DNA of 64,000 bases, taken from the NCBI GenBank assembly GCA_021798835.1, contig JAJZBQ010000011.1:7005-71004 (forward strand). Direction: 5' to 3'. The notes below the pieces were generated by a model. It saw only the letters and a list, made by a program, of their open reading frames with translations. It ran no database searches and was not told the origin of the DNA. Below are positions 10,173 to 21,421 of this stretch, piece by piece. Each line of letters begins with the position of its first letter. Positions within the stretch are counted from its first letter, which is position 1. This stretch comes from Pseudomonadota bacterium (GTDB lineage: Bacteria; Pseudomonadota; Gammaproteobacteria; Burkholderiales; Ferrovaceae). A program made the translations under genes and the position numbers.

Positions 10173-11385
10173 GAGCCTCTTCACCTTCCAAAGGGAGTAT
10201 TCTTGCATTGTCCCGACTTTGGCACCGTTCCAAAAACGCCAGTCTGATTTCTTCACAACCTGCACCCGTGAGTGCGCTGGCCCAAACCGTTGAAATTGTA
10301 CCATAGGCATCACGCTGTAACAGACCGCCAGTGTGACCCCGCAGGTCAGTCTTGTTATACACCCTCAGTTGTGGAACTCGGTCGGCTCCCACCTCTGCCA
10401 GTACGGTTTGAACCGCTTCTATCTGGGCTTCCCGTTCTTCATCAGCATGGTCGACCACCACCACCAGCAAATCCGCTGAGCGGGTTTCCTCCAGGGTGGC
10501 TCGGAATGCATCCACCAACGTATGTGGTAGCCGTCGCACAAAACCAACCGTGTCAGACAACGTTGCTTCTACCCCCGGACCCAGATAAATACGTCGCGTC
10601 AAAGTGTCCAGTGTGGCAAACAATTGGTCTGCCACGAAAGTTTGACTGTGAGTCAAGCGGTTGAACAAAGTGGATTTCCCAGCATTGGTATAACCCACCA
10701 GTGACACATTCAGGAGACCAGCGCGCTGACGGGCGCGACGTTGCAGTTGTACGGTCCGTCGCACTTCACGTAGACGCTCCTGTAAAGTTTTGACACGCAC
10801 TGCCAACAGACGTCGATCCGTCTCCAGTTGGGTTTCACCAGGACCGCGCAAGCCTATTCCGCCCTTTTGTCGTTCCAAATGTGTCCAGCCACGCACGAGG
10901 CGCGTGGAGAGCCGCTTGAGTTGAGCCAGTTCCACTTGCAATTGACCCACGTGACTGCGCGCCCGCTGCGCAAAGATATCCAGAATGAGACTGGTACGGT
11001 CGATGACCCGACAACCCCAGCGTTCCTCAAGATTACGTTCCTGAACAGGGGTCAACTCGTCATCAACAATTACCAGTCCCACGTCATTGGAACGGATGAG
11101 ATAGCCGATCTCCTCGACTTTCCCAGCCCCCAGAAAAGTCGCCGGATCTGGTCGTTCCCGTCGGGCCTCTACCCGATCAACCACCTCCAACCCGGCACTT
11201 TGGGCCAGCAAGGCCAACTCAGCCAATGAATCATCGTGGCTGGGGCGGCCTACCTGGAGTCTGACCAGCAGACAGCGATGGCGGCGTTGCTGGTCAGTAG
11301 GTTCGGCTGACTGTTCGAGACGACCACTGCGAGTTGCCGGGGTACTATCGCGTCGACGACCCAGCAATGGCCCAATATCGGCCAT
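10162..11385 (-). CDS. hflX: Ribosome-splitting GTPase HflX
   Basis: GYTNAGKS, LFATLD, DTVGF, NKTD. Confidence 0.96.
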   Translation of the reverse strand: MADIGPLLGRRRDSTPATRSGRLEQSAEPTDQQRRHRCLLVRLQVGRPSHDDSLAELALLAQSAGLEVVDRVEARRERPDPATFLGAGKVEEIGYLIRSNDVGLVIVDDELTPVQERNLEERWGCRVIDRTSLILDIFAQRARSHVGQLQVELAQLKRLSTRLVRGWTHLERQKGGIGLRGPGETQLETDRRLLAVRVKTLQERLREVRRTVQLQRRARQRAGLLNVSLVGYTNAGKSTLFNRLTHSQTFVADQLFATLDTLTRRIYLGPGVEATLSDTVGFVRRLPHTLVDAFRATLEETRSADLLVVVVDHADEEREAQIEAVQTVLAEVGADRVPQLRVYNKTDLRGHTGGLLQRDAYGTISTVWASALTGAGCEEIRLAFLERCQSRDNARILPLEGEEAHGT

Positions 11386-11388
11386 AAA

Positions 11389-11634
11389 TCAGTCTTCAGT
11401 ACCAGACTCAAGGGGACTGAGCGTAATACTGCGTGCCGGAACTACAGTAGAAATGGCGTGTTTGTAAACCATCTGCGTGGTGGTGTTTTTGAGCAGCACC
11501 ACATATTGGTCAAATGACTCCACCTGCCCCTGGAGTTTGATGCCATTAACCAGATAGATGGAAACGGGAACATGTTCCTTGCGCAATGCATTCAGAAACG
11601 GGTCTTGTAGTAGTTGCCCTTTGGCGCTCATCAT
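11389..11634 (-). CDS. hfq: RNA chaperone Hfq
   Basis: [30 protein letters not shown]. Confidence 0.98.
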   Translation of the reverse strand: MMSAKGQLLQDPFLNALRKEHVPVSIYLVNGIKLQGQVESFDQYVVLLKNTTTQMVYKHAISTVVPARSITLSPLESGTED

Positions 11635-11778
11635 GATTCCTTATTTTGGCGTTATCGATACCCCCCTCATCAGCGACAGGAGGACTGTTTATTCTAGCCG
11701 ATTGGAGCCGTTCAGGGGAAAAGAGTTCCTGTACCGGAAACAAACAGGTAATTGTTCCCGCACATCGTCTGGCACTAC

Positions 11779-11807
11779 TGGACGCTTGGATCCGGATGCG
11801 TTAGAAT
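11779..11807 (+). promoter_or_regulatory. Sigma70-type promoter for tRNA-Val
   Basis: TGGACG-17 bp-TAGAAT followed by a GC-rich discriminator, 22 nt before the tRNA. Confidence 0.55.
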
Positions 11808-11829
11808 GCCGACCTTGAACACGATCTGT

Positions 11830-11906
11830 AGGCGCGTAGCTCAGTTGGTTAGAGCACCACCTTGACATGGTGGGGGTCGTTGGTTCGAGTCCAATCGCGC
11901 CTACCA
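11830..11906 (+). tRNA. tRNA-Val (GAC)
   Basis: 77 nt; acceptor AGGCGCG/CGCGCCT, anticodon arm CCACC-TTGACAT-GGTGG, TTCGA T-loop, encoded CCA. Confidence 0.97.
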
Positions 11907-11908
11907 TT

Positions 11909-12748
11909 CTATTTTTTTACAGGGGTGTACACTGTTTTTCCACGCAACTTGAAAAGGTGTGCTGCGTGATAAAAACTCTCCGAATGTCCAGCATAAAGCA
12001 GACCTTCTGGGCGCAGCAGTGGCGAAAACTTCTCCAGAATGGCCAGTTGTGTTTCTTTATCGAAATAAATCATTACGTTACGACAAAAAATGGCATCCAT
12101 ACCACCGTGGATTGGCCAGGTCGTATCCAAGAGGTTGATCTGACGAAACGTAATCATTTGAGCCAGTTCTGGGTGCACGCGTACTTTTCCATCTGGAAAC
12201 CCATTTCCCTTGAGAAAATATTTGCGTAACTGCGCATCGGGAATTTTATTGACCTGAGACACCTCGTAAATTCCAGCCTGGGCTTTTCTTATCACGGCGG
12301 TATCCACATCAGAAGCCAGAATGGACACAGGAGGTGTCAGAGAACCGAAAAGTTCTGCCATGACAATGGCCATGGAGTAAGCTTCTTCCCCAGTCGAGCA
12401 TGCGGCGCACCATAACGTTACCGGATGCTCCCCAATGGATGCCACTTGCTCGGCAAGCAACGAAAAATGATGGGGTTCGCGAAAAAAAGAAGTGAGATTG
12501 GTGGTCAGGGCATTGATGAATTCCTGCCACTCGGGAGAATCAGGTTCCTGCAGTTCTTCCAGGTAGTCCGAAAAATTACTTTTTTTCAGCACTCGTACAC
12601 GACGCACAAGACGACTATAAACCAGTTCACGTTTAACGGAACTCAGGAATATACCCACACGACCATGCAACAGACGACATACTGTATTGAAGTCCGCATC
12701 CGTAAACCGGAACTCTCGCACCGTTTCCCATGACGCACCGGTTTGCAT
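11909..12748 (-). CDS. cheR: Chemotaxis protein-glutamate methyltransferase
   Basis: TTNLTSFFRE, WCAACSTGEEAYS, IFCRNVMIYFD; start placed at MQTGA. Confidence 0.95.
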   Translation of the reverse strand: MQTGASWETVREFRFTDADFNTVCRLLHGRVGIFLSSVKRELVYSRLVRRVRVLKKSNFSDYLEELQEPDSPEWQEFINALTTNLTSFFREPHHFSLLAEQVASIGEHPVTLWCAACSTGEEAYSMAIVMAELFGSLTPPVSILASDVDTAVIRKAQAGIYEVSQVNKIPDAQLRKYFLKGNGFPDGKVRVHPELAQMITFRQINLLDTTWPIHGGMDAIFCRNVMIYFDKETQLAILEKFSPLLRPEGLLYAGHSESFYHAAHLFKLRGKTVYTPVKK

Positions 12749-12893
12749 AAAAAATTTCCAATCTATTACGTTAGGCGTTCGTGGTTCACCTTCTGCTCTC
12801 TTCAGGAGAATCAATGGGCTGCACAAAAAGTGATCAAATACACTGTGTCAGAATTATAGGCGCATCGCCGCATTTACGGTTATAGTTGGGCGG

Positions 12894-14246
12894 ATGAACT
12901 CCGACTTGCCTCCCACCTCATCCACTCTGCCACGCACCATCTGGCGTGGCTTGATACGCGCCAGACAACGGAGTTCCCGAGCACACGTACGTCGTTTGTT
13001 CTTGCAGTATGGGTTGCCGTGGGGCATGGCACTGGGTGTCGGATGGGTGGCAGTTCTCTATGCCCAACTCAGCACCTGGGCGTATGAACAGTTTGTCCAT
13101 GAGATCGCGGGCCGCCCATGGCTGGCATTCGTGATCTCCCCATTGATGACCATGTTCGCATTGTGGCTGACACGACACTGGTTCCGCGGCTCGGAAGGCA
13201 GTGGCATTCCCCAGGTCATTGCAGCCTTGCATGCCCCCCACGATCCCAACATTCTCGGACGACTATTTGGCGTACGAATCATTCTGGGCAAAATCCTGAT
13301 ATCGTTGATCGGCTTGTTAGGAGGACTGACCATTGGTCGAGAGGGACCAACTGTCCATATCGGTGCTGCCATGATGGCAGAAACTCGGCACTTTTACCAA
13401 CGGAGTTCCCTGCGACTCGAACGACAACTACTGCTTGCCGGAGCTGCAGCGGGCTTGTCAGGGGCATTCAATACACCACTCGCCGGCATCATCTTTGCCA
13501 TCGAAGAGATCGCTCGGGATTTTCAGCACAAGACCACCGCCACCATGATAACTGCGGTAGTTTTTTCCGGATTGACTTCCTTGGCTCTGGCGGGTAATTA
13601 CGTTTACTTTGGTCAAATCCGCGTTCCTGACACATTCCACTTGAATTTCATATTTCCCGTACTGCTGGCTTCGCTGATCTGCGGGCTGCTGGGGGCACTC
13701 TTCAACTGGGTAGTCCTGCATTGGGAACACTGGATGCCCTCATTCCTGAGAGTCTGGCGCGCTCAGCGGCCCTTGTACTATGCACTGGTCATCGGGCTCA
13801 TCGTTGCCTTTCTGGGCGTGTTGACCGGTGGCGAAACCTGGGGAAGTGGATATGAGCAATCCCGACACCTGCTCGAAGGAACGGCTCCATTATCCGAAGC
13901 TTTTGCCCTGACCAAATGGGCAAGTTTGGTAGTCAGTTACATGGCGGGTATTCCCGGTGGGCTGTTTTCCCCGTCTCTTTCCGTTGGCGCGGGTCTGGCT
14001 CAGTGGGTACATGCTGGATTTGCCTGGGCCCCGCTGCCAGCCTTGATCGCCCTGTGCATGACAGGTTATCTGGCTGCCGTTACCCAATCTCCCATTACAT
14101 CCTTCGTCATCGTCATGGAAATGACCAATGGGTCAGGACTGGTCATTCCCATGATGGCCGCTGCCTTGTTATCAGCACGCCTGTCTTCCTGGTTTACCCC
14201 ACCCTTGTACGAAGCTCTGGCCCGAAAAAATTATTATCATCCCTGA
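12894..14246 (+). CDS. ClC-family chloride channel / H+:Cl- exchanger
   Basis: GSGIP, GREGP (gating Glu retained), GGLFSPS, FVIVMEMT. Confidence 0.93.
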   Translation: MNSDLPPTSSTLPRTIWRGLIRARQRSSRAHVRRLFLQYGLPWGMALGVGWVAVLYAQLSTWAYEQFVHEIAGRPWLAFVISPLMTMFALWLTRHWFRGSEGSGIPQVIAALHAPHDPNILGRLFGVRIILGKILISLIGLLGGLTIGREGPTVHIGAAMMAETRHFYQRSSLRLERQLLLAGAAAGLSGAFNTPLAGIIFAIEEIARDFQHKTTATMITAVVFSGLTSLALAGNYVYFGQIRVPDTFHLNFIFPVLLASLICGLLGALFNWVVLHWEHWMPSFLRVWRAQRPLYYALVIGLIVAFLGVLTGGETWGSGYEQSRHLLEGTAPLSEAFALTKWASLVVSYMAGIPGGLFSPSLSVGAGLAQWVHAGFAWAPLPALIALCMTGYLAAVTQSPITSFVIVMEMTNGSGLVIPMMAAALLSARLSSWFTPPLYEALARKNYYHP

Positions 14247-17200
14247 TGAACCCGTCTTTCCCCCCTGGTTTCATGGTAATTCACAGCAACCGTACAGAGT
14301 TGCTGGTACAGTTGCTCGGCCAATGGTTTCAGCAATATCCTCTACCCCCACTGGACAAGGAAGTCATCCTGATCCAAAGCAACGGGATGGCCCAATGGCT
14401 CAAAATGCATCTCGCCACCATGGATGGCATCGCAGCCGGCTTGGACATGTTATTACCCTCACGTTTCGTTTGGGAAGCCTACCGTCAACTGTTGGGTCCT
14501 GTTGCCGTCCCTGAGATCTCCCCATTTGAACGTCAGGGATTGCTCTGGAGACTGATGCGTCTGCTTCCCATACTGTGCCAGCAGCCTGGCCATGAACCAT
14601 TAAAACAATTCATTCAAAACGATCACCAAGGAAGCAAACTCTATCAATTATCAGAAAAAATCGCTGATCTATTTGACCAGTATCTGGTCTATCGTGCAGA
14701 CTGGCTCAGCGACTGGGCCGAGCATCGTGATCAACTGGCCGAGGCCCAGCGCCCTCCCGTTGAACTGGAAGCGAACCAGCGTTGGCAGGCCCATTTATGG
14801 CGTGCCCTGATCGCGGATATCGGCCCGGAACACCCCAGTCGCGCGCTGATTCACCAAAATTTTCTGGAACGTACGGCAACCCTGATAGAAGCCCCCCCAG
14901 GATTACCACGCCGAATTTCAGTATTTGGTCTATCGTCTCTCACCGCCCAGACTCTGGACGTACTGCGTGCCCTTTCCCGTTTCACCCAAGTGCTGCTGTT
15001 CGTGCATAACCCCTGCCAGCATTACTGGGGAGATATCGTATCTTCCCAGGATCTGTTACGGCGCCAATTACGTCGTCAAATACGCAAACCCGGTACTCCT
15101 CAATCGTTGACCATAGAAAATCTCCACCAGCATACGCATCCGTTGCTGGCAGCCTGGGGACAGCAAGGACGTGATTATCTGGAACTGCTCGAAGAACTGG
15201 ATGACCCAGAACGCTACCGTCAGTATTTCAGTGCCATGGGCACGCGTATTGACCTATTCGATAGTCCTGGTTGTGACACGCTATTGCGCCAGTTACAAGA
15301 TGATCTGTTGAATCTGGAACCCCTCCCTCCAGCACCAATGCGAAGCCTGTCGGAGAATGATATCTCCTTCCGCTTTCACCGCACCCATAGTCGCCAGCGC
15401 GAGATTGAAGTACTCCACGACCAGTTACTGGCACTGTTCAACGGGGAAGGTAACTGGCATACACGGGATATTCTTGTCATGGTTCCCGACATTTCCCTCT
15501 ATGCCCCCCATATCGCCGCCGTTTTTGGGCGTTTTGAACCACAAGATCCACGATATATTCCCTACTCACTGGCTGACCATACAGAAAATCGCCACGTTTC
15601 CCTGCGCCTCGCTCTGGACTGGTTGTTGAACCTGCCCGATCACCGTCTCTCGGTCAGCGACTTGATGACCTTGCTGCAAGTAGATGCGGTGCGTCAGCGT
15701 TTTGCGATATCTACAGATGACCTCCCGCTGCTGCAGCGTTGGATCCGGCATACCCAAATCCGCTGGGGACTGGATGAGGCTCACCGTCATCGATTCATCG
15801 CTCAACCCAATGCCCACAATACCTGGATGCAGGGTATGCGCCAGATGCTGCTGGGCTACGCCATGGGACAAGACCCAACGGGACGCGAGCCCAACCACTG
15901 GCATGATATCGAACCCTACGGAGACATAGCCGGTCTGGATGCCACACTGGCAGGATCATTGGCACGATTACTCGAAAAATTGCAACAGCAACTGATCATT
16001 CTGAGTGAAACGACCACTCCGGCATACTGGTACGACCGAATGGAAACCATGCTGCTGGATTTCTTTGACTGTGAAGATGCAGAGGATACCGCCTTGCTGG
16101 AATCATGGCTGTCGATCCTGCTGCAATGGCGCAACACCTGCGAACAAGTTGGCATGCAAACCCCGTTGTCATTGCCGGTGGTACGCGAACATTGGCTGGC
16201 CCAACTCGATACCACTGCGCCAACCCAACGCTTCTTGGCGGGCCGCCTGACTTTTGCCACGTTACTGCCAATGCGTGCCATCCCATTTCGCATGATCTGT
16301 CTGCTGGGCCTCAACGATGGAGACTTTCCACGCCATCGCCCCCCCGTAGACTTTGACTTGATGGCGCGCCAAATGCGCCCAGGGGATCGTTCACGGCGAG
16401 AAGATGACCGTTATCTGTTCCTTGAAGCATTGCTATCCGCACGAGAACGCTACTATCTCAGCTGGGTCGGTCGCAGTCCTCAGGACAACACAGAATGCCC
16501 ACCCTCAGTACTGGTCAGTCAGTTGCGTGATTATATCGACGCATGCTGGCATGAGAGCCATGGAGAAAAACCGAGCACGATACTAACCACCGACCATTAT
16601 CTCCAGCCTTTCCATCCGGCTTACTTTTCTTCTGACTCAACCCACTCCCCTTGGTTTACCTATGCCCACGAGTGGTGCCAGAGTTCACCACACCATTCTT
16701 CTCCGCCATCTGTCCTGCCCCAACAAATTCCCGATATGCCGATTTCCCTGACCTCCCTGATCAGTTTTCTCAAAAATCCGGCGCGCACCTTCCACCGCCA
16801 GAGGCTCAAACTTTATCTGGAACGAGAAGAACTCTACCATCAAGATCAAGATCAAGAGCCTTTTGCGCTAGACCGATTAGAGCAATGGTCACTACAGCAA
16901 TCTCTTATCGAGGACGGGAAGGATGCCTGTCAACTCACCGCCAACCCGACGATGGAATCGGTCATCTCCTCTGCCCTATCACGCATCGAGCAACAATTGG
17001 CACGCCGCATACGGCGTGGCGAACTACCGGCCGGAGCCTGGGGGACACGGTTGATAGATGGCTATCGTACTCCTCTGGAGCCATTGTTGACGCACTATGC
17101 ACAATGCTGTCAGGGACTCGTCCGATCTCCCGACCTGATTCTTGATTACCAGCCTCCAGAAATTCCAGTACCCGTGGAAGGGCTCATTGATAATCTCTGG

Positions 17201-17770
17201 GAGTCTCCCACCACCCCCACTGAGTATTACCGCATCGAATTCTCAGCCAGCCCATTGTTCCACGAAAAAACCCCGCGCCACGATAAACTGCTTGCCGCCT
17301 GGGTGCATCATCTGGCTGGCCAGTTGGCCCTTTGCAACACCCGACACCAAAATGCAACCCTCACCACGTGGGTAATCGGCCTCGATAACCAGCGCATCAC
17401 TTTCCCCCCTTTGAAGAAATCGTACGTCATCATTTATTTGGACGCATTGGCGCATGCCCATATCCAGAATTTGTCCAGGGTTTTACCGCTTGCCGCCAAA
17501 ACGGGATTCGCCTGGCTCAAATACGGCGGACTTGCTCTTTCCGAATGCAAAAGCGCCAGTGAACGTGATGCATGGCCCCCACTCCAAGCTCTGAACAAAG
17601 CACGCAGCACCTATGAAGGGGGAGGACAATACCCAGGTGAATCCGGTCAATCGCCAGACCTGGCTCGCGCCTTCCCCAGTTTTGATCATCTGTGGGCAGA
17701 GGGTGCCATGGCCGATGCCTGCCAGCAACTCTATGCCCCACTCCGCCACATATTGGAACCTAATTCCTAA
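14246..17770 (+). CDS. recC: Exodeoxyribonuclease V gamma subunit
   Basis: HSNRTE..LVQSNGMAQWL, REIEVLHDQL, MRAIPF, FDLMA; ATG overlaps the ClC stop (TGATG). Confidence 0.95.
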   Translation: MNPSFPPGFMVIHSNRTELLVQLLGQWFQQYPLPPLDKEVILIQSNGMAQWLKMHLATMDGIAAGLDMLLPSRFVWEAYRQLLGPVAVPEISPFERQGLLWRLMRLLPILCQQPGHEPLKQFIQNDHQGSKLYQLSEKIADLFDQYLVYRADWLSDWAEHRDQLAEAQRPPVELEANQRWQAHLWRALIADIGPEHPSRALIHQNFLERTATLIEAPPGLPRRISVFGLSSLTAQTLDVLRALSRFTQVLLFVHNPCQHYWGDIVSSQDLLRRQLRRQIRKPGTPQSLTIENLHQHTHPLLAAWGQQGRDYLELLEELDDPERYRQYFSAMGTRIDLFDSPGCDTLLRQLQDDLLNLEPLPPAPMRSLSENDISFRFHRTHSRQREIEVLHDQLLALFNGEGNWHTRDILVMVPDISLYAPHIAAVFGRFEPQDPRYIPYSLADHTENRHVSLRLALDWLLNLPDHRLSVSDLMTLLQVDAVRQRFAISTDDLPLLQRWIRHTQIRWGLDEAHRHRFIAQPNAHNTWMQGMRQMLLGYAMGQDPTGREPNHWHDIEPYGDIAGLDATLAGSLARLLEKLQQQLIILSETTTPAYWYDRMETMLLDFFDCEDAEDTALLESWLSILLQWRNTCEQVGMQTPLSLPVVREHWLAQLDTTAPTQRFLAGRLTFATLLPMRAIPFRMICLLGLNDGDFPRHRPPVDFDLMARQMRPGDRSRREDDRYLFLEALLSARERYYLSWVGRSPQDNTECPPSVLVSQLRDYIDACWHESHGEKPSTILTTDHYLQPFHPAYFSSDSTHSPWFTYAHEWCQSSPHHSSPPSVLPQQIPDMPISLTSLISFLKNPARTFHRQRLKLYLEREELYHQDQDQEPFALDRLEQWSLQQSLIEDGKDACQLTANPTMESVISSALSRIEQQLARRIRRGELPAGAWGTRLIDGYRTPLEPLLTHYAQCCQGLVRSPDLILDYQPPEIPVPVEGLIDNLWESPTTPTEYYRIEFSASPLFHEKTPRHDKLLAAWVHHLAGQLALCNTRHQNATLTTWVIGLDNQRITFPPLKKSYVIIYLDALAHAHIQNLSRVLPLAAKTGFAWLKYGGLALSECKSASERDAWPPLQALNKARSTYEGGGQYPGESGQSPDLARAFPSFDHLWAEGAMADACQQLYAPLRHILEPNS

Positions 17771-17785
17771 GGAGTCGGACAACAG

Positions 17786-20700
17786 ATGATGCCCCTGAAT
17801 CCCCTCACTTTTCCGCTTTCAGGTAGCCATCTCATCGAGGCCAGCGCAGGTACCGGGAAAACCTACACCATCGCCTTTCTCTATCTGAGATTAATACTGG
17901 GACACGGTACGCTGAATGGCGGAAGACCCCTGACCCCACCCGAAATTTTGGTGATGACTTTTACAGAGGCTGCCACCCATGAATTACGTTCCAGAATCCG
18001 TCAACGTCTGAGTGAGGCCGCACACGCATTCAGGACTGATATGGAATCGTCGGATGACCTGCTCAACCAGTTGCGTGCCCACTACCCGAATCATCAATGG
18101 TCAACCTGTGCCCAGCGACTGGAGAATGCCATCGCATGGATGGATGAATCGGCCATTTCCACCATCCACAGTTGGTGCCAGCGCATGCTGCATGAACATG
18201 CCTTTGCCAGCCAAAGCCTGTTTACCCTTCAGTTGGAGAGCAAACCCGACGAATTACTGAATGAAGTCATCCGTGACTATTGGCGTAATTTTTACCACCC
18301 CCTAAGCCCTGCAGAAGTGGCAATCTGTGCGAAATTTTGGACTACCCCAGATGAATTGGCGGCACATATCCGCCCTTTGTTGGCCCATATCGATCTGGTT
18401 CCGGAATCAGATGCACCGCAACACCTCATACCCCGTCTTACCCAGGAAAAGCAGTTGGCCCTGGAACGACTCAAGTCTCCCTGGCGCCTCTGGGCCAGAG
18501 AACTGTGTTCTCTTTTGGAAGAGGCCAGGGAATCGGGGTTTCTGGATGGCAGAAAACTCAAGGCAGATCACTACCAGGCTTGGTTTTCCACCTTGTATCA
18601 GTGGGCTGATGGCGATGACAGCGACGTAGACATCGAAGCAGTATGGACCCGCTTTTCGTCGCCTGCCATTGATAACATATGGAAATCCAAGGCCGCCGGA
18701 CATCCCCTTTGCGAAACCTTTGCCAGGCACCCAGGGATCGCTGGTTTGTCAATCCTCAAGAAGGAACTGGATCGGTTACCTGATCCACGAGTGTCCTTGT
18801 TATGTCATGCAAGCCGCTGGGTATGGCATACCTTCTCTGCTCTGCGTCAACAACATGCCCTGATCACCTTCGATGACCTGCTGAGTCAACTTGAACTTGC
18901 GCTGCACGGCCCCCATGGCAAACAGTTGGCATCCCAGATCCGCCAGCAGTTTCCGGTGGCATTAATCGATGAGTTCCAGGACACCGATCCCGTTCAATAT
19001 CGACTGTTTGAAAAAATCTATGATCCGGTAAGCAACCCGCAGGATTGCACCCTGATTCTCATTGGAGACCCTAAGCAGGCCATCTATGCTTTCCGTGGAG
19101 CGGATATCCACACCTATCTGCAAGCCAGTCGTGCCATAGCGGGACGATGTCATACCCTGAACACCAATTACCGTTCTACTCTTTCACAGGTCGCAGTGGT
19201 CAATCATCTCTTCAACCACGCGGAACAACGTCCCCATGGCCACGGGGCTTTTCTGTTCCGAGAACAGGATAATCCTTTGCCATTTCTACCCGTACAGGCG
19301 CGCGGGCACTCACAATTTTTTATGGTTCGGGGCCAACCCCAGACAGCCCTGACTCTGGTACTGTGCCAATCTGAAAATGGCAAACCATTATCCAACACCA
19401 GTTATATCAAGCAAATGGCAGAATCCTGTGCCAATCAAATCATGGTTTGGCTCGACGAATCAGCTCACTTTGCCGGTGATTCAGAGCCACGTCCTGTCAG
19501 GCCAAGGGATATGGCGGTTTTGGTAAACGATCGTTTTCAGGCAAAGACCATCCGTCAGACGTTAGCAAGCCACGGGATACGTTCGGTATTTCTGTCTGAA
19601 CAAGGCAGTGTCTATGAAACTCCTCAGGCCGAGGAGATATTTCGTTGGCTCAGTGCCATCGCTATGCCCGATGATCCACGGCGACTGCGTGCTGCCCTGG
19701 CCACGCCTTCCCTGCACCTTACGCTGGCAGAACTGGATCAGTTGAATCATGATGAATATGCCTGGGAACAGCGGTGGCTACAATTCAGAGCCTATCGCAA
19801 TATTTGGCAGGAGCAGGGAGTACTACCCGTTTTGCAACGCCTGATGACAGATTTTCAGGTACATGACTTTCTGTTGTCACTGGATTATGATGCCTTCGAG
19901 CAAAGCGGAGAAAGAATTCTTACCGATCTGCTACATCTGGCTGAGTTACTGCAACAGACCAGCACCACCTTGGAAGGTGACCATGCTCTGCTGCGCGCAC
20001 TCGAACTGGCCATCCACGATTCGTCTTCTGTCAAGTCTGGAGAAGCACAGCGTCTGCGCCTGGAGAGTGACCAGGAACGCGTGCAAATTGTCACCATCCA
20101 CAAATCCAAGGGGCTCGAATACCCTCTGGTATTGATACCGTTCATCAGCACCTGTCGCCCGATCACCCTCAAGGATCTGCCACGTTGCTGGCATGGACAA
20201 TCCGGTCAGCGACAATTGTTCTTCCATGCCACGGACGAAGAACTGCTAACGGCTGATCGGGAACGCCTGGCTGAAGATATGCGCAAGTTATACGTCGCCA
20301 TGACACGTGCCCGCCATGCTACCTGGATGGGAATCACGATGCAGGAAGGAAAAGCCGCCATTGATCATCTGTTGGGTACCACGACGATCCACGAAATGGC
20401 GCACCATGCCACCATCATCCAGCAACTGGTTCAACAATCTCCTGATATGGTTCTGCTTTCTCCAGATAGTTTGGCTGCACAACATATCTCACCCCGTCTT
20501 GATACTCCACCCTTGCGTATCACCTGCCACAGCCAGCGTACCGTCATGGATGACTGGTGGATTGCCAGTTTCAGCACTTTGATAGATCACAATAGAATTG
20601 GATATCGTGGCGACAACGTTTTTTTTGAGAAATTTTCAGAAGAACGCCAGACACACCAGTCTGAAAACCGATGCGCTTCCCCTCTTGCGGCTCCCTGGCA

Positions 20701-21421
20701 TCATTTCCCGCGCGGGGCGTTGGCTGGAACCTTGCTTCATGATCTGCTCGAATGGGCGGCCAAACAAGGGTTTAGCAGCCTGCTCGACAAACCTCTGGAA
20801 TGGCGCGAAGCCATCGCGCGACGTTGCCATGTGCGTCATTGGCAAACCTGGATAGACCCCTTGCTGACATGGCTACAACATCTGCTGAGTAAATCTATTA
20901 CGCTGCCGACCGGCTCCGTTCTCTGCCTGGGAAAACTCGATACTTGCCTTGCCGAAATGGAGTTTTGGCTGACGGTCCCGCGCGTGGCACTGGTGCACCT
21001 GGATGCTTGCTTGTCCCGCCATACCCTTGCCTCACACCCACGCCCTCCATTGCACCACAATATGCTCAACGGGATGCTCAAAGGTTTCATTGATCTCGTT
21101 TTTGAACATGATGGACGCTATTACGTGATGGATTACAAGTCCAATTGGTTGGCTCCCGACGACAGCGGGTATGACCTGCCCACTCTGCGCCAAGCCATGG
21201 CCGAACAGCGCTATGACCTGCAGTTTGCCTTGTATCTTCTGGCACTGCATCGTCTATTGCGGGTTCGTCTGAAAAATTACGACTATGATCAGCATATGGG
21301 AGGAATCTGTTACTGGTTTCTACGCGGAGTAGACAGCCCCAGTGCCGGAATTTACCATGAACGCCCCGCGAAAACATTCATAGAGACTTTGGATAACCTG
21401 CTATCGGAGCAAACCATATGA
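17786..21421 (+). CDS. recB: Exodeoxyribonuclease V beta subunit
   Basis: EASAGTGKT, DEFQDTD, TIHKSKGLE, nuclease GFIDLVF..DYKS. Confidence 0.97.
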   Translation: MMPLNPLTFPLSGSHLIEASAGTGKTYTIAFLYLRLILGHGTLNGGRPLTPPEILVMTFTEAATHELRSRIRQRLSEAAHAFRTDMESSDDLLNQLRAHYPNHQWSTCAQRLENAIAWMDESAISTIHSWCQRMLHEHAFASQSLFTLQLESKPDELLNEVIRDYWRNFYHPLSPAEVAICAKFWTTPDELAAHIRPLLAHIDLVPESDAPQHLIPRLTQEKQLALERLKSPWRLWARELCSLLEEARESGFLDGRKLKADHYQAWFSTLYQWADGDDSDVDIEAVWTRFSSPAIDNIWKSKAAGHPLCETFARHPGIAGLSILKKELDRLPDPRVSLLCHASRWVWHTFSALRQQHALITFDDLLSQLELALHGPHGKQLASQIRQQFPVALIDEFQDTDPVQYRLFEKIYDPVSNPQDCTLILIGDPKQAIYAFRGADIHTYLQASRAIAGRCHTLNTNYRSTLSQVAVVNHLFNHAEQRPHGHGAFLFREQDNPLPFLPVQARGHSQFFMVRGQPQTALTLVLCQSENGKPLSNTSYIKQMAESCANQIMVWLDESAHFAGDSEPRPVRPRDMAVLVNDRFQAKTIRQTLASHGIRSVFLSEQGSVYETPQAEEIFRWLSAIAMPDDPRRLRAALATPSLHLTLAELDQLNHDEYAWEQRWLQFRAYRNIWQEQGVLPVLQRLMTDFQVHDFLLSLDYDAFEQSGERILTDLLHLAELLQQTSTTLEGDHALLRALELAIHDSSSVKSGEAQRLRLESDQERVQIVTIHKSKGLEYPLVLIPFISTCRPITLKDLPRCWHGQSGQRQLFFHATDEELLTADRERLAEDMRKLYVAMTRARHATWMGITMQEGKAAIDHLLGTTTIHEMAHHATIIQQLVQQSPDMVLLSPDSLAAQHISPRLDTPPLRITCHSQRTVMDDWWIASFSTLIDHNRIGYRGDNVFFEKFSEERQTHQSENRCASPLAAPWHHFPRGALAGTLLHDLLEWAAKQGFSSLLDKPLEWREAIARRCHVRHWQTWIDPLLTWLQHLLSKSITLPTGSVLCLGKLDTCLAEMEFWLTVPRVALVHLDACLSRHTLASHPRPPLHHNMLNGMLKGFIDLVFEHDGRYYVMDYKSNWLAPDDSGYDLPTLRQAMAEQRYDLQFALYLLALHRLLRVRLKNYDYDQHMGGICYWFLRGVDSPSAGIYHERPAKTFIETLDNLLSEQTI

